Shown here: one piece after another, positions 27,818 through 37,715 of the stretch
How positions within the stretch are numbered: position 1 is the stretch's first letter
Layout of the letters: each line of letters begins with the position of its first letter
Source of the DNA: Patescibacteria group bacterium
GTDB taxonomy: Bacteria; Patescibacteriota; Microgenomatia; UBA8517
Direction: 5' to 3'
NCBI GenBank assembly: GCA_041742135.1
Contig: JBGSJG010000001.1
Coordinates: 131,151-195,150, forward strand
Length of the DNA stretch: 64,000 nt
Made by a program: the position numbers and the translations under genes
The notes under the pieces: model-generated
Told to the model about the DNA's origin: nothing
Databases searched by the model: none
The model's input: only the letters and a program-made list of their open reading frames with translations

Positions 27818-29881
27818 ATGGACAAATCATTTGATCACAAGAAATATGAAGAGAAAATCTATGCCATGTGGGAGAAATCTAACGCTTTCACTCCAAAAGC
27901 AGACAAAGCTAAAAAGCCTTTTACCATCATCATGCCCCCACCAAACGCAAACGACCCTTTGCATATTGGCCACGCCAGATTTGTAACAATCGAAGACACG
28001 CTTGTTCGCTACCACAGACTTCTGGGCGAATCTGCGCTTTGGCTACCCGGAACAGATCATGCCGGAATCGAAACTCAATATGTCTTTGAGAAAAAACTAA
28101 AAGAAAAAGGCAAAAGCCGTTTTGATTACGATCGGGAGACTTTGTACAAAATGATTTGGGATTATGTCGAAGAAAATTCAGACACGAGCATTAAACAAAT
28201 GAAGGCGCTCGGAGCCTCTGCCGACTGGACCCGCTTAAAATTCACACTTGATCCAGATATCGTAAAAATTGTTTACAAGACATTTAAAAGGCTTTACGAC
28301 GACGGCTTGGTTTACCGTGGAGAGCGAATTGTGAACTATTGCACGCGCTGTGGAACTAGTTTTTCGGAGCTTGAAGTAAACCACATCGAACGAGATGATA
28401 ATCTTTATTATTTAAATTACGGCGCAATCACCATCGCCACAACTAGACCCGAGACAATTTTTGCCGACACAGCAGTGGCAGTTAATCCCAAAGACGAGCG
28501 ATACAAAAATTTAGTTGGCAAATTCGCCACCATTCCTTTGGTAGGACGAAAAATCCCGATAATTGCCGACACATTAGTTGATATGGAGTTTGGAACTGGT
28601 GCGCTCAAGGTTACTCCCGGTCACGATCCTCTGGACTTTGAAATTGGCCAAAAACACAAGCTTCCGATTATATCTGTAATCGGCGAAGACGGCAGGCTTC
28701 ACAGTACCCCAGAAAAGTACGCAGGCCTTTATGTAAATCAAGCACGCGAAGCGGTAGTTGCCGATCTAGAGGCCAAAAAGCTTGTTAAACAAACCAAGAC
28801 TATACATCACGTTGTTGGCGTTTGCTATCGTGACAAAGGTGTTATTGAGCCTTTGATAAGTAAACAATGGTATATAAAAGTTGCTTCTTTGGCCAAGACT
28901 TCTTTGGTTGCCATTAAATCTAAAAAAGTGAATATTGTTACGAAAAAGTACGAAAAAATTGCAACCCACTGGCTTAAAAATTTGAAAGATTGGAATGTAA
29001 GCAGACAGATTGTTTGGGGGATTCAAATTCCGGCCTATCGATGCGACAAGTGTATGGCGTGGACAATTACAGATGGCGCCGCGCCTGAAAAATGTAAAGA
29101 GTGCGGGGGTACTAAACTAATCCAAGATTCAGATACTTTTGACACTTGGTTTTCCAGTGGCCAATGGCCTTTCGCCACACTTAAATCTATTTCTGAGAAA
29201 GATTTTGACTATTTTTACCCAACTTCGGTGATGAACACAGCCTACGATATTTTGCCCTTTTGGGTAATTAGAATGATTATGCTGGGACTTTATTCAACCA
29301 AAAATGTTCCGTTTATCGACGTTTTGTTTCATGGTTTAGTTAGAGACAAAAACGGGGTAAAAATCAGCAAGTCCAAAGGCAACGTAATAAACCCCATCGA
29401 AATGGCAGACAAATATGGATCCGATGCTTTAAGGATGAGCCTTATCTGGGGAGCGCTTGTTGAAAACGATATTGCCCTTTCGGAGGAAAACATAAAGGGC
29501 CAGAGAAATTTTGCAAACAAGCTTTGGAATATTGCGCGCTTTGTAGAGCCCGAGGGAAACATTTCTAAGCCTAAAACCACAGACAAAGACGATAAATGGA
29601 TTATTTCCGAGTTTGTAAAATCGCACAAAAAAATAACCAAGTATCTTGATACTTATCGTCTAAGTGAAGCCGCAAGTGAACTCTATGATTTTATCTGGAA
29701 AAAATTCGCCGCTATTTATATCGAGAAGTCCAAAAAAAGAAAAGATATGGCTCAACCTACCCTAAATTACATACTGGCAAGAACTCTAGTGGTTGCGCAC
29801 CCATTCATGCCATTTGTGACAGAGGCCATTTGGCAACAAAATCACATGGAAGGATTGCTTATAACTCAAAGCTGGGATTAG
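27818..29881 (+). CDS. valS: Valine--tRNA ligase (compact, 687 aa)
   Basis: PPPNANDPLHIGH, GTDHAGI, ATTRPET, DWNVSRQIVWG, DTWFSSGQWP, KISKSKGN. Confidence 0.95.
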   Translation: MDKSFDHKKYEEKIYAMWEKSNAFTPKADKAKKPFTIIMPPPNANDPLHIGHARFVTIEDTLVRYHRLLGESALWLPGTDHAGIETQYVFEKKLKEKGKSRFDYDRETLYKMIWDYVEENSDTSIKQMKALGASADWTRLKFTLDPDIVKIVYKTFKRLYDDGLVYRGERIVNYCTRCGTSFSELEVNHIERDDNLYYLNYGAITIATTRPETIFADTAVAVNPKDERYKNLVGKFATIPLVGRKIPIIADTLVDMEFGTGALKVTPGHDPLDFEIGQKHKLPIISVIGEDGRLHSTPEKYAGLYVNQAREAVVADLEAKKLVKQTKTIHHVVGVCYRDKGVIEPLISKQWYIKVASLAKTSLVAIKSKKVNIVTKKYEKIATHWLKNLKDWNVSRQIVWGIQIPAYRCDKCMAWTITDGAAPEKCKECGGTKLIQDSDTFDTWFSSGQWPFATLKSISEKDFDYFYPTSVMNTAYDILPFWVIRMIMLGLYSTKNVPFIDVLFHGLVRDKNGVKISKSKGNVINPIEMADKYGSDALRMSLIWGALVENDIALSEENIKGQRNFANKLWNIARFVEPEGNISKPKTTDKDDKWIISEFVKSHKKITKYLDTYRLSEAASELYDFIWKKFAAIYIEKSKKRKDMAQPTLNYILARTLVVAHPFMPFVTEAIWQQNHMEGLLITQSWD

Positions 29882-30453
29882 CTTTGTACTTCTGGAGCCA
29901 CAAACTTAATACCTGTTACAATTTCTTCAACCAATTCACTTGACTCATCAATTTTCACTTCAAGGTAATTGTTCCCGGTCAGAGGAAACAAATAGTGGGT
30001 CACAGGGCCATCTTCAAGCTTAAAGCCAGTTCGTGAATCGACGGTATAAAAAGATTGAACAAGACCTGTTTGGGTTGCGGTCGCACTCAATGGGCCAACA
30101 GACTGCTTTACAGTAAATGCCGCTTTCTTGTCTCCCGGTAAAACCAACTCTCCTGTTTCGCTAGTGAAATTTAGATTGTTGGGGTACTTGAAACTAAAGC
30201 CGTTTGGGTTTTTATATTCGGTCCAAACTGCCTCCCCACTTGTGGCATCAGCTTCTGTGGTTTCAGGTCTATTTCTTGTAACGACTAATGCGGCTACCAA
30301 GGCCACAATCAACACCAACGAAACGATGCCAAAAATCAAAGGTTGCTTACTTTTGGGCTTTACTACAACAGGTTCAACTGGACCCACAGAAGGGGCAACG
30401 GGTTCTGCGACGTCTTGAGCTTGAAATACTTCCCCACTTGCACTGGTCTCCAT
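29878..30453 (-). CDS. Single-TM hypothetical protein (PsbP-like WxxYxN..FSFKYP motif)
   Basis: Pro-rich N-terminus, TM, WTEYKNPNGFSFKYP. Confidence 0.65.
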   Translation of the reverse strand: METSASGEVFQAQDVAEPVAPSVGPVEPVVVKPKSKQPLIFGIVSLVLIVALVAALVVTRNRPETTEADATSGEAVWTEYKNPNGFSFKYPNNLNFTSETGELVLPGDKKAAFTVKQSVGPLSATATQTGLVQSFYTVDSRTGFKLEDGPVTHYLFPLTGNNYLEVKIDESSELVEEIVTGIKFVAPEVQS

Positions 30454-30473
30454 GGTTGGGGTTAATATAACAT

Positions 30474-30782
30474 ATGCCTGCCCAAAAATCCAAGGACAAT
30501 AACCTCAAACTTTTATATAGGCTTTTTATCCTGACACTCCTGGCGCTTAGTGCCATGAATCTTGTAATTTTTAAGCTTAACAATCGTGAAACCATTGTTT
30601 ATGCAACTACCGAGCCCACCAGCGAATATTGGGAAAGCTTGATTGCCAAAAACCCGACATATAGAGATGCTTATTTAGTGTTGGCAAGCATCAACAAAGG
30701 CCGGGGGGATTTGGATAAAGCCCAAGAGCTTATAACTAAAGCAAAAAATATTGATCCATATTGGGCACTTGAAGGACTGTAA
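30474..30782 (+). CDS. Small membrane-anchored TPR protein
   Basis: TM followed by NPTYRDAYLVLA...GDLDKAQELITKAKNIDP. Confidence 0.7.
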   Translation: MPAQKSKDNNLKLLYRLFILTLLALSAMNLVIFKLNNRETIVYATTEPTSEYWESLIAKNPTYRDAYLVLASINKGRGDLDKAQELITKAKNIDPYWALEGL

Positions 30783-30785
30783 AAA

Positions 30786-31460
30786 CTATTCTGCCGCAGG
30801 TTCTTCGGCTGGAGTTTCGCCTTCAGCTGGAGCTTGTGCTTCTCCTTCAGCTGGTACTTCTTCACCTTCTGCAACTTCAGCTGGTGCTTCTACGACGTCT
30901 TCTTTCTGTGGAGGCTCGACTTTCACAACAATCTGCTCGGCGTCTGCCTCAATTTGAACTTTGGTTTTATCATACTTTAAGTCACTTACAAAAATCGCAG
31001 CGTCTACTTCAGTAAGCTCGGTAACATCAACTTCAAACTTTTCAGGCAAATCAGCTGGCAATGCTGTCACATCAACCTCTGAAATCTGTTGTACAACTGT
31101 GCCAATGCCAGATTTTTCAGCAGGAGACTCGCCAACTATTTCAATAGAAACTGTGGCACTAATTTTCTGAGTTAGGTCAATTTGTCTAAAATCTACATGA
31201 AGAACTTTGTCAGTCACCGGGTGGACTTGAACGTTACTTACAAGAACAGGGTTTGTTGACTTACCAACCGTCAAGTCAATAATTCCAGTCTCGCCTGCTT
31301 CTTTATACACTTCCTCGAAAGCCTCGCTTGAAACTTGAATAGCTTGCGACTTAACTCCTTTGCCAAAAACATTGGCTGGAACCAATTTCTCTTGTCTTAA
31401 TTTTTTTACCTTTCGGCCAAGGATCTCTCTTGGGTCTGCAGATAATTTGTGTTTATTCAT
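30786..31460 (-). CDS. rplY: 50S ribosomal protein L25/Ctc
   Basis: REILGRKVKKLR...VPANVFG, QVHPVTDKVLHVDF, acidic tail. Confidence 0.94.
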   Translation of the reverse strand: MNKHKLSADPREILGRKVKKLRQEKLVPANVFGKGVKSQAIQVSSEAFEEVYKEAGETGIIDLTVGKSTNPVLVSNVQVHPVTDKVLHVDFRQIDLTQKISATVSIEIVGESPAEKSGIGTVVQQISEVDVTALPADLPEKFEVDVTELTEVDAAIFVSDLKYDKTKVQIEADAEQIVVKVEPPQKEDVVEAPAEVAEGEEVPAEGEAQAPAEGETPAEEPAAE

Positions 31461-33825
31461 TTGTGAAAGTAAGTTCAGAAATAAAATCAGAGCTTAGGTT
31501 CGTATTATAACCAAAGCTACCCTCATCGGTCAAGCCGAAAGGGGGATTTGAACTAAACTGCCGGACATTGGGAGCATCCAGTGTCACACTTAAAGGAAAC
31601 TCTCCTGTTCCCGACTGTTTCCAAAAGTGAAGCTTAAGCTTGTTTGGTTTTTGGTCAAAGGGAACCCTCCAACTATAAGTAAGAGTTTTTGTTTCACCCG
31701 GTAGAACTTCCAAAATTACCCCATATTCGTTTCTGTTTGACAAACGCGTACTGTCAATATCTAGCCACTCGGCCTTACTTCCTGACAGCTGTGCTGTGGG
31801 AAACTGTGCTTCTAAAGGCGCCAAGCCTCGCACGTAGACTTTGTAGCGCTCCTCCGGGATGCGCTCCAGCCCTTCTGAAGTGTTTGTGAGTGTGAGGCTA
31901 AGTGCTTGCTCAATGTATATATCTTTAATTGTGGAGCGAAGCGCAACTTGTCTTTTTACAAAATAATTAGCTTTATTAACGCCAACATTGGCCTCTACAA
32001 CACCTAATGGTAAATACATGCAACCCTCTTCACAATCCTTATTAAAGACTCCCCCATCCCAACCTAAATCTGAAAGTAGCGTGGCAACATCGGTGTTGTG
32101 CAAATACACCTGAATATCCCTCGCATCAACGCTCTTAACTGTCGAGCCCAAAAGATCAATCGTTTTTGTGCTTAAAGACTCGCCCATCTTAAGAATTAAT
32201 GCATCAGACAAAGCGGACAAATACTGAGCTTTTTTTCTCGACCCCGGAAAGAAGTTGTCCTCCACTTCGTACTTAACTTTTTCGTACATATTTTTGCTGT
32301 CTATGGTTTCGCCAAAAGTAGAAAGATAGACCGGGCCCAAAACCTCCAAATAATTTTTGACGCTTTCAAGATTGATGGCAATTACCCCTGCCACGTCTCG
32401 ATCAAGAGTCTTGTCCAAAAACCACTCTGCTCGCTCTGCAGATGTGGGAAAATCCGGATCCCAGTTTGAGTCACGCATTTTCCAGCTTGCCTCACCCAAG
32501 TGCTCGACAATTGGTGCTGGCGGCTCAATATAGCCTTTAAGCTGGCCATCAGCGGAGTAGACGTCATAGACGGTGTCATCGATTAGTTCCCCGCGCGCGA
32601 GTGTGACTAACGCAAACGAACCAATAAAACCTCCTGTAGGTCTAAGTTCCATGTTGTTTTGCAGAAGTAACAAATATGTCTGTGGTGTGTTATAGCCGAG
32701 AAGCTCGGGGAGATTTTTTGTAAACTTGCTCGACAAAAGAACATATTCGCTAAGTTTCGCAACGTCGACTTCAAGCGAAGGGGTGAAGCTTAAAACGTAT
32801 TCAAGATCAGTTCTAAAGACAATCATGTCTTGGTAAAGCGATGCAAGTTTCACAGACAAGTTGTGAGACAGGCCAGCTACACTTGTGGCATCATTGGTTT
32901 GAGCAATATCTTTAGCTAACATCAGCGCGTCGACAGCTTTTTGTAGAACTAGGTTTGCATTTGAAAGTGAGTTGGCGGTATTTCTCGCAGGAAAGCGAAG
33001 CGTGTCCAACACCTTCGCTGTGGGTACCGAAAGTGTACTCGAAGCTTTCAGAAGATTAATTGTCTTTAGATAATTTCCAGTAGTCAAAGATTTATACCCC
33101 CAATAGCTTAAACCCAAGGATGCACCGAGAAGCAAATACGGCATAACAAGTAAGGCCATAACCAGAAGCAGAGCCGAAACGATAGTTTTTTTGGGAAAGC
33201 TAGTTGTTTTAGAAGGTGTCTGTTTTACGGCTAACTGTGCTAGATCAATTTTCGCTTCTTCAACTTGAATGTCTCCTCTTGGCATTCTTGGAGCAAGGCG
33301 TAAATCCACCGAAACGGTTGCGTTTGGGTTTATAAACTTCACATACTCCCCGAACGACACAAGCTTGCCAAAAAGAAAGGATTTATTCTCGGGAAACGAA
33401 AACAGCAAAGCAACTATCTTGGCAAACAGCTCTTCCTGAGTAACCACAGCAAACCAAGCTTCTTTGGGAACCAAAACATGTGGATGCTGCGACTTAGCAT
33501 GCAGATCAGATATTAACTGGGCATGCCCAGGAACGACGTTGTCGACGAATATTTGCTTTGCCAAAACAGACGAAACCAGTCCTTCCCTACTCTTTGATGA
33601 ATTGACCACCACAACTCTGGGTTTTACTTGTTGAATAAAGGACAAAAGATTCCGGTCCGAAACCAACTTTCCATCCAAATCAAGAATTACCAAATACGTA
33701 ACGTTTAGTGGAATACGAGACGGCTTAGAAACTAAACCGGCGGCGCAACCTTTAGTTTTTAAATGCTCAACAAGAGCACTGCCAAGTGTCCGTTCACGAG
33801 AGATCACACATACGATTGGAGACAT
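31453..33825 (-). CDS. DUF4012-domain membrane protein
   Basis: YLLLLQNNMELRPTGGFIGS, RDSNWDPDFPTSA, ANVGVNKANYFV, WKQSG. Confidence 0.85.
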   Translation of the reverse strand: MSPIVCVISRERTLGSALVEHLKTKGCAAGLVSKPSRIPLNVTYLVILDLDGKLVSDRNLLSFIQQVKPRVVVVNSSKSREGLVSSVLAKQIFVDNVVPGHAQLISDLHAKSQHPHVLVPKEAWFAVVTQEELFAKIVALLFSFPENKSFLFGKLVSFGEYVKFINPNATVSVDLRLAPRMPRGDIQVEEAKIDLAQLAVKQTPSKTTSFPKKTIVSALLLVMALLVMPYLLLGASLGLSYWGYKSLTTGNYLKTINLLKASSTLSVPTAKVLDTLRFPARNTANSLSNANLVLQKAVDALMLAKDIAQTNDATSVAGLSHNLSVKLASLYQDMIVFRTDLEYVLSFTPSLEVDVAKLSEYVLLSSKFTKNLPELLGYNTPQTYLLLLQNNMELRPTGGFIGSFALVTLARGELIDDTVYDVYSADGQLKGYIEPPAPIVEHLGEASWKMRDSNWDPDFPTSAERAEWFLDKTLDRDVAGVIAINLESVKNYLEVLGPVYLSTFGETIDSKNMYEKVKYEVEDNFFPGSRKKAQYLSALSDALILKMGESLSTKTIDLLGSTVKSVDARDIQVYLHNTDVATLLSDLGWDGGVFNKDCEEGCMYLPLGVVEANVGVNKANYFVKRQVALRSTIKDIYIEQALSLTLTNTSEGLERIPEERYKVYVRGLAPLEAQFPTAQLSGSKAEWLDIDSTRLSNRNEYGVILEVLPGETKTLTYSWRVPFDQKPNKLKLHFWKQSGTGEFPLSVTLDAPNVRQFSSNPPFGLTDEGSFGYNTNLSSDFISELTFTNE

Positions 33826-33874
33826 TACTCATAATAGCCGTAGTACTCATTTGGGGCAACTTCTTGCCATGAAC

Positions 33875-33949
33875 TTTCACTTATAGTTATTCCTTTTATA
33901 CACGCATTTTTTAACACTCTACACTCGATTTTTCAAACTATAAGTGAAA
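33875..33949. repeat. Perfect 14-bp inverted repeat in intergenic DNA
   Basis: TTTCACTTATAGTT (33875-33888) and AACTATAAGTGAAA (33936-33949), separated by 47 nt. Confidence 0.85.
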
Positions 33950-33992
33950 TTATTTCCACAAGGCATATCCTATATTACACGTCGGACAAATC

Positions 33993-34391
33993 CTATTTTC
34001 GGGAGTCGAGACACTGATTAACCAGTAGATCTGCCACGGGGTTACCTTCCCGAACAGTATGAAGATATTCCACTGAAACTTGCGATTGGTTTTCAAGGTT
34101 TTTAGCCTCTTGCCACAGATCGTAAAGTGCCGCGTTTTTAACTTTGTATCTGCCTATCATTTGCCTCTGCACAAGTTCCGAGTCCATCACGATCGCCGTG
34201 TTGTCTGTAGCGTTTTTTACTGTCCAGCTTAAGGCCATTATTAAAGCGTTATACTCTGCAACGTTATTGGTGGTCTCCCCTAAGTACTTTGACTCGTGGT
34301 AAACCTCTTGCCCCTGAGCATCTACTACAACAATCGCTGAAGCCGCAGGCCCCGGGTTTCCTCGTGAGCCGCCATCGCAATATATTTTCAT
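33993..34391 (-). CDS. rnhA: Ribonuclease HI
   Basis: YCDGGSRGNPGPA, TNNVAEYNAL, MDSELV, REGNPVADLLVN. Confidence 0.93.
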   Translation of the reverse strand: MKIYCDGGSRGNPGPAASAIVVVDAQGQEVYHESKYLGETTNNVAEYNALIMALSWTVKNATDNTAIVMDSELVQRQMIGRYKVKNAALYDLWQEAKNLENQSQVSVEYLHTVREGNPVADLLVNQCLDSRK

Positions 34392-35569
34392 TTCTCGATT
34401 TTAGCAGAATTAGGAGTAAGCCCCAGTACCAAAAATAACAAATAGCTCGTCTGGGTTAAGGTTAGCCAGTAATGATCAAACATCCCCGTGAGAACAATTG
34501 CGATAACAGCCAGTGTGTTAATTTTATTCATACGAGTAACAACCGCAAACACAGAAAGGAGTAATCCAACAAAACCCACTTCCGAGATTAAAAGTAAAAA
34601 AATATTATGAACGGGTTGAAGCCACCAGCCTGTGCCGTTTGACGAAAACTCACCAACCATTGCAGGAAAAGCTCCTAGGCCCACACCAACCAGCGGAAAA
34701 GTAGCGACGAGCCTGCCAGCAATTTCGTTTAGCTGGGCTCTTTGCACTAGCTCTCGCGAAGTAAACGAAAACATAAACCCACTAATAGTTAAAAAAAGCG
34801 AAGCTAAGACTGAGCTGACCACAAACTTTAATTTGGCCAGCTTTAGTTTACTTACAACAGGCAAAACCAAAGGAGCCATGAAAAGCGCTAGCCATGCATT
34901 TTGCGAAAAAGATAAAATTACCAACAATATGCTTACCAACGCTATCGCGCGGCTGGCAAAATGCTTCTGGTGAATATATAAAAACAGAGTAACGAGCGCA
35001 TAACCTCCAAGCGCGTTTGGGTGAGGAAATGTACTATATGGCCGGAGAAACTCTCTTCCGAAAATGCTGGCCAACGCAATTCCCGGAGTGTTTGCATTAA
35101 AAGACCTCTCCCCCAGAAGATAGAAAAGTCCTCCAATAGACGACGATCGCAAGACTTGAAACAGGGCCAAAACCAAAACTACACAAAGTGAAATAAGCAG
35201 TGGAGTACGAATAGTTTCTAAGACATTTTTCTGCTTATGTATGTAAAGCGCTAGGCTTAGCATCAATGCCACCCTTCCCCACTTATAAAAGCTGACCCAA
35301 GGCAATTGGGAAAATACAGTGTTTGCCAGCGCAAGCAATATGAACATGCCTATCACATAACGATACTTAAGAAGAATTGACAGTCTGTATTCGGTCGACA
35401 TAAACCAAGCCAAAAAAGTTAGCGCCCAGACAAGATCGATAAAATATATAGCAGGGGCTAAATAATCAACGCGAAGGCCATAGACAAATGCGTAATCTGG
35501 CCAAAAATAAAGAGCTAATTGTGAAGGTAGTAGAAGTACGAAAAGAAAAAAAAGTTTTTTATGAATCAC
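34388..35569 (-). CDS. O-antigen ligase/Wzy_C-like polytopic membrane protein
   Basis: RPYSTFPHPNALGG, PLVGVGLGAF, QPVHNIFLLLISEVG, FDHYW. Confidence 0.8.
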   Translation of the reverse strand: MIHKKLFFLFVLLLPSQLALYFWPDYAFVYGLRVDYLAPAIYFIDLVWALTFLAWFMSTEYRLSILLKYRYVIGMFILLALANTVFSQLPWVSFYKWGRVALMLSLALYIHKQKNVLETIRTPLLISLCVVLVLALFQVLRSSSIGGLFYLLGERSFNANTPGIALASIFGREFLRPYSTFPHPNALGGYALVTLFLYIHQKHFASRAIALVSILLVILSFSQNAWLALFMAPLVLPVVSKLKLAKLKFVVSSVLASLFLTISGFMFSFTSRELVQRAQLNEIAGRLVATFPLVGVGLGAFPAMVGEFSSNGTGWWLQPVHNIFLLLISEVGFVGLLLSVFAVVTRMNKINTLAVIAIVLTGMFDHYWLTLTQTSYLLFLVLGLTPNSAKIEK

Positions 35570-36042
35570 ACGGGTTTAACCACCAAGTAACGGGCTGCAC
35601 CTTCTCCGACCGATTCTGTGACCACATCGCCTTCTTCTGATAACACCAAATGAACCACGCGGCGCTGCGAAGGAGACAAGTTGTAAAGCATTTGTGGCTG
35701 TCCAGTAGTTTTAGCCCTCTCTGCTGTTTGATGCGCCAATTGGGCAAGATGCTCTTCATGCTTACTGCGCCAGTCTCCCACATCTACAACAACCCTCACC
35801 CATTCCCCTGTTTGTTGCTTGACTACCATTGCCAAAAAAGACTGTATTGCAGTCAAAGTTGACCCGTGTGCCCCAATTAAAAGACCCGCCTCTTCAGGAG
35901 CATTTATGTTGACATTAAAAACCGACTCCCCTGCCTCGTCGGTATCAGTAACCGTAACCTCTGCCTCAATACCAACTTTGCTCAAAAGCTCGACTGCAAT
36001 TTTTTGTACCTCGTCAGAAGAAATTACCTTTTTATCAGCCAT
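35566..36042 (-). CDS. jag: Jag/KhpB RNA-binding protein (KH + R3H)
   Basis: LLIGAHGSTLTAIQ, QRRVVH, ESVGEGAARYLVV. Confidence 0.9.
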   Translation of the reverse strand: MADKKVISSDEVQKIAVELLSKVGIEAEVTVTDTDEAGESVFNVNINAPEEAGLLIGAHGSTLTAIQSFLAMVVKQQTGEWVRVVVDVGDWRSKHEEHLAQLAHQTAERAKTTGQPQMLYNLSPSQRRVVHLVLSEEGDVVTESVGEGAARYLVVKPV

Positions 36043-36060
36043 GGCGCAATTGTAGCAAAA

Positions 36061-36891
36061 TTATTTTACTTTAGCTAGCGCACGAAGCTTGTTAATGATT
36101 GGCGTGGCTCCACCCCAACCTGTAGCACGATACTGCTGCCATATTTGGAAGGTGGAAAAAGCCAACCAATAAAGAGCGAGGGAAGAAGGGAATGAAACAC
36201 CGATCAGTATCGTCATGAGCGGGAAGGTATAAATCATCGAAGACTGCATTGCCACCTGAAAATCATCTGATTTATCTTTTGTCTTTGCTGCCACCTTTTT
36301 CTCGGCCTCAACCAAAGGAGCAGACATTTTGGCTGATATAAATTGTAGTGCGCTTGCCAGTAGTAAAAATACTCCCGGAATTGGTAAAGATACATTGGTA
36401 AGACCAAGAAGCTGATTAAGTGTGTCGGGCTTAGTAATGTCTAAGTACAAAAACCTTGTGTTTACCACCTCTCCTGCAGCAATCTTAAGTGGCTCGTACA
36501 AAAGCACGTTAAAGTGCTCGGCCACTGTTCCCTCGCCGGTAAACACTAAAGTAAATACGCGAAATAGAAAAATCAAAATCATAATTTGAAGAAGGTATGG
36601 CAAGCAACCATTTGAAGGGTTAATCCCCTTCTCTTTATAAAAATCAGCCTGTGCTTTGGCGAGCTTGGCCTTATCTCCTTTGTGTTTTTCTTTTAGTCTT
36701 TGAATGTCTTTCGCGTAAGACTTCATCTTTTTCATAGAATCCATGTACGGCTTGGTTAAAGGAGTCGTCACGAATCGCAAGAAAACTGAAAAAGCAATTA
36801 TAGCCAAGCCCATATTGCCTCCACAAATTCGGTAGAAGATTAAAAGTCCGTTGGCCAAAGGCTCTGTGAAAATAGTTCTAAATATGTCCAT
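36061..36891 (-). CDS. yidC: Membrane protein insertase YidC
   Basis: GLAII, FYKEKGINP..GCLPYLLQ, LALYW...FQIWQQY; conserved synteny. Confidence 0.93.
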   Translation of the reverse strand: MDIFRTIFTEPLANGLLIFYRICGGNMGLAIIAFSVFLRFVTTPLTKPYMDSMKKMKSYAKDIQRLKEKHKGDKAKLAKAQADFYKEKGINPSNGCLPYLLQIMILIFLFRVFTLVFTGEGTVAEHFNVLLYEPLKIAAGEVVNTRFLYLDITKPDTLNQLLGLTNVSLPIPGVFLLLASALQFISAKMSAPLVEAEKKVAAKTKDKSDDFQVAMQSSMIYTFPLMTILIGVSFPSSLALYWLAFSTFQIWQQYRATGWGGATPIINKLRALAKVK

Positions 36892-36892
36892 G

Positions 36893-37111
36893 CTATGTAT
36901 TGTCCCCTTTCTTGGGCACCGGGTCAAATCCGCTTCCGCCAAAAGGGTGGCAGCGTGAAATGCGCTTAACGCCCAACAAGCTCCCTTTTAAAAGTCCATG
37001 TTTCTCAATTGCTTCACTAGCGTACTCCGAGCAACTCGGAAAATACCTGCACCCTCCTCCAAATAATAGCTTAATCAAAAATGAAAAAGTAGATTTATAA
37101 AGCTTAAGCAT
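36893..37111 (-). CDS. yidD: Membrane protein insertion efficiency factor YidD
   Basis: [27 protein letters not shown]. Confidence 0.93.
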   Translation of the reverse strand: MLKLYKSTFSFLIKLLFGGGCRYFPSCSEYASEAIEKHGLLKGSLLGVKRISRCHPFGGSGFDPVPKKGDNT

Positions 37112-37454
37112 TTTTAGTTAACCCAGCCTTTTTTAAGGCTTCAAAGGCTTCAAGCATAAGCTCAGAAGTGTACTTTTTCACGATTATTGGCTTAGCCAAA
37201 TAAACAACATCGTAACCCGGTTTAAGCTCGGTTAGTTTAACTCTCACGCCTTCGGAAAGAGCTCGTTTTGCAAAAGTTCTTTTACTTGCATTGGGGGTAA
37301 TTTTTGAAGAAACTACAAAGCCAAACCTTGATGGCTCACTATCCCCTCTTTTAAGGACCGCGATAGAAAAGGATTCACTTCCAAAAAGTTTGCCACCATC
37401 TTTCACGCGCTTAAATTCTCGATCTTCACGCAATCGGTTAGCATAGGCAAGCAT
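37104..37454 (-). CDS. rnpA: Ribonuclease P protein component
   Basis: [18 protein letters not shown] (RNR-like), GYDVV; synteny with rpmH and yidD. Confidence 0.9.
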   Translation of the reverse strand: MLAYANRLREDREFKRVKDGGKLFGSESFSIAVLKRGDSEPSRFGFVVSSKITPNASKRTFAKRALSEGVRVKLTELKPGYDVVYLAKPIIVKKYTSELMLEAFEALKKAGLTKNA

Positions 37455-37457
37455 AGT

Positions 37458-37598
37458 TTAAACAGTTAATCTGGCGCGCCCTATCGCGCGTCTTCTTTGA
37501 AGCACTTTTCTTCCGCCTTTTGTGGCCATTTTAGCTCTGAAGCCAAATCGCCTCTTTCGCCTTAGACTGCTTGGTTGATATGTCCTTTTGGTTGACAT
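37458..37598 (-). CDS. rpmH: 50S ribosomal protein L34 (absent from ORF track)
   Basis: Hand translation [46 protein letters not shown], at the canonical position divergent from dnaA. Confidence 0.96.
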   Translation of the reverse strand: MSTKRTYQPSSLRRKRRFGFRAKMATKGGRKVLQRRRAIGRARLTV

Positions 37599-37672
37599 GG
37601 TGAAATTTTAACACACAAGAGCCGACCTTGCCAGTTTAGAATATTAGTTCGCATATTTTGTGGGTTGAGTTT

Positions 37673-37681
37673 TGTGGATAA
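37673..37681. promoter_or_regulatory. Perfect DnaA box upstream of dnaA
   Basis: TGTGGATAA is the reverse complement of TTATCCACA. Confidence 0.8.
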
Positions 37682-37715
37682 CTTTTCTACCATGTAGTAC
37701 TTCTTCTGCCCGAAG

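Noticed and set aside
30786-30900. Repetitive CTTCAGCTGG sequence
   Set aside because: Encodes the low-complexity PAE-rich acidic tail of L25; not an independent repeat element.
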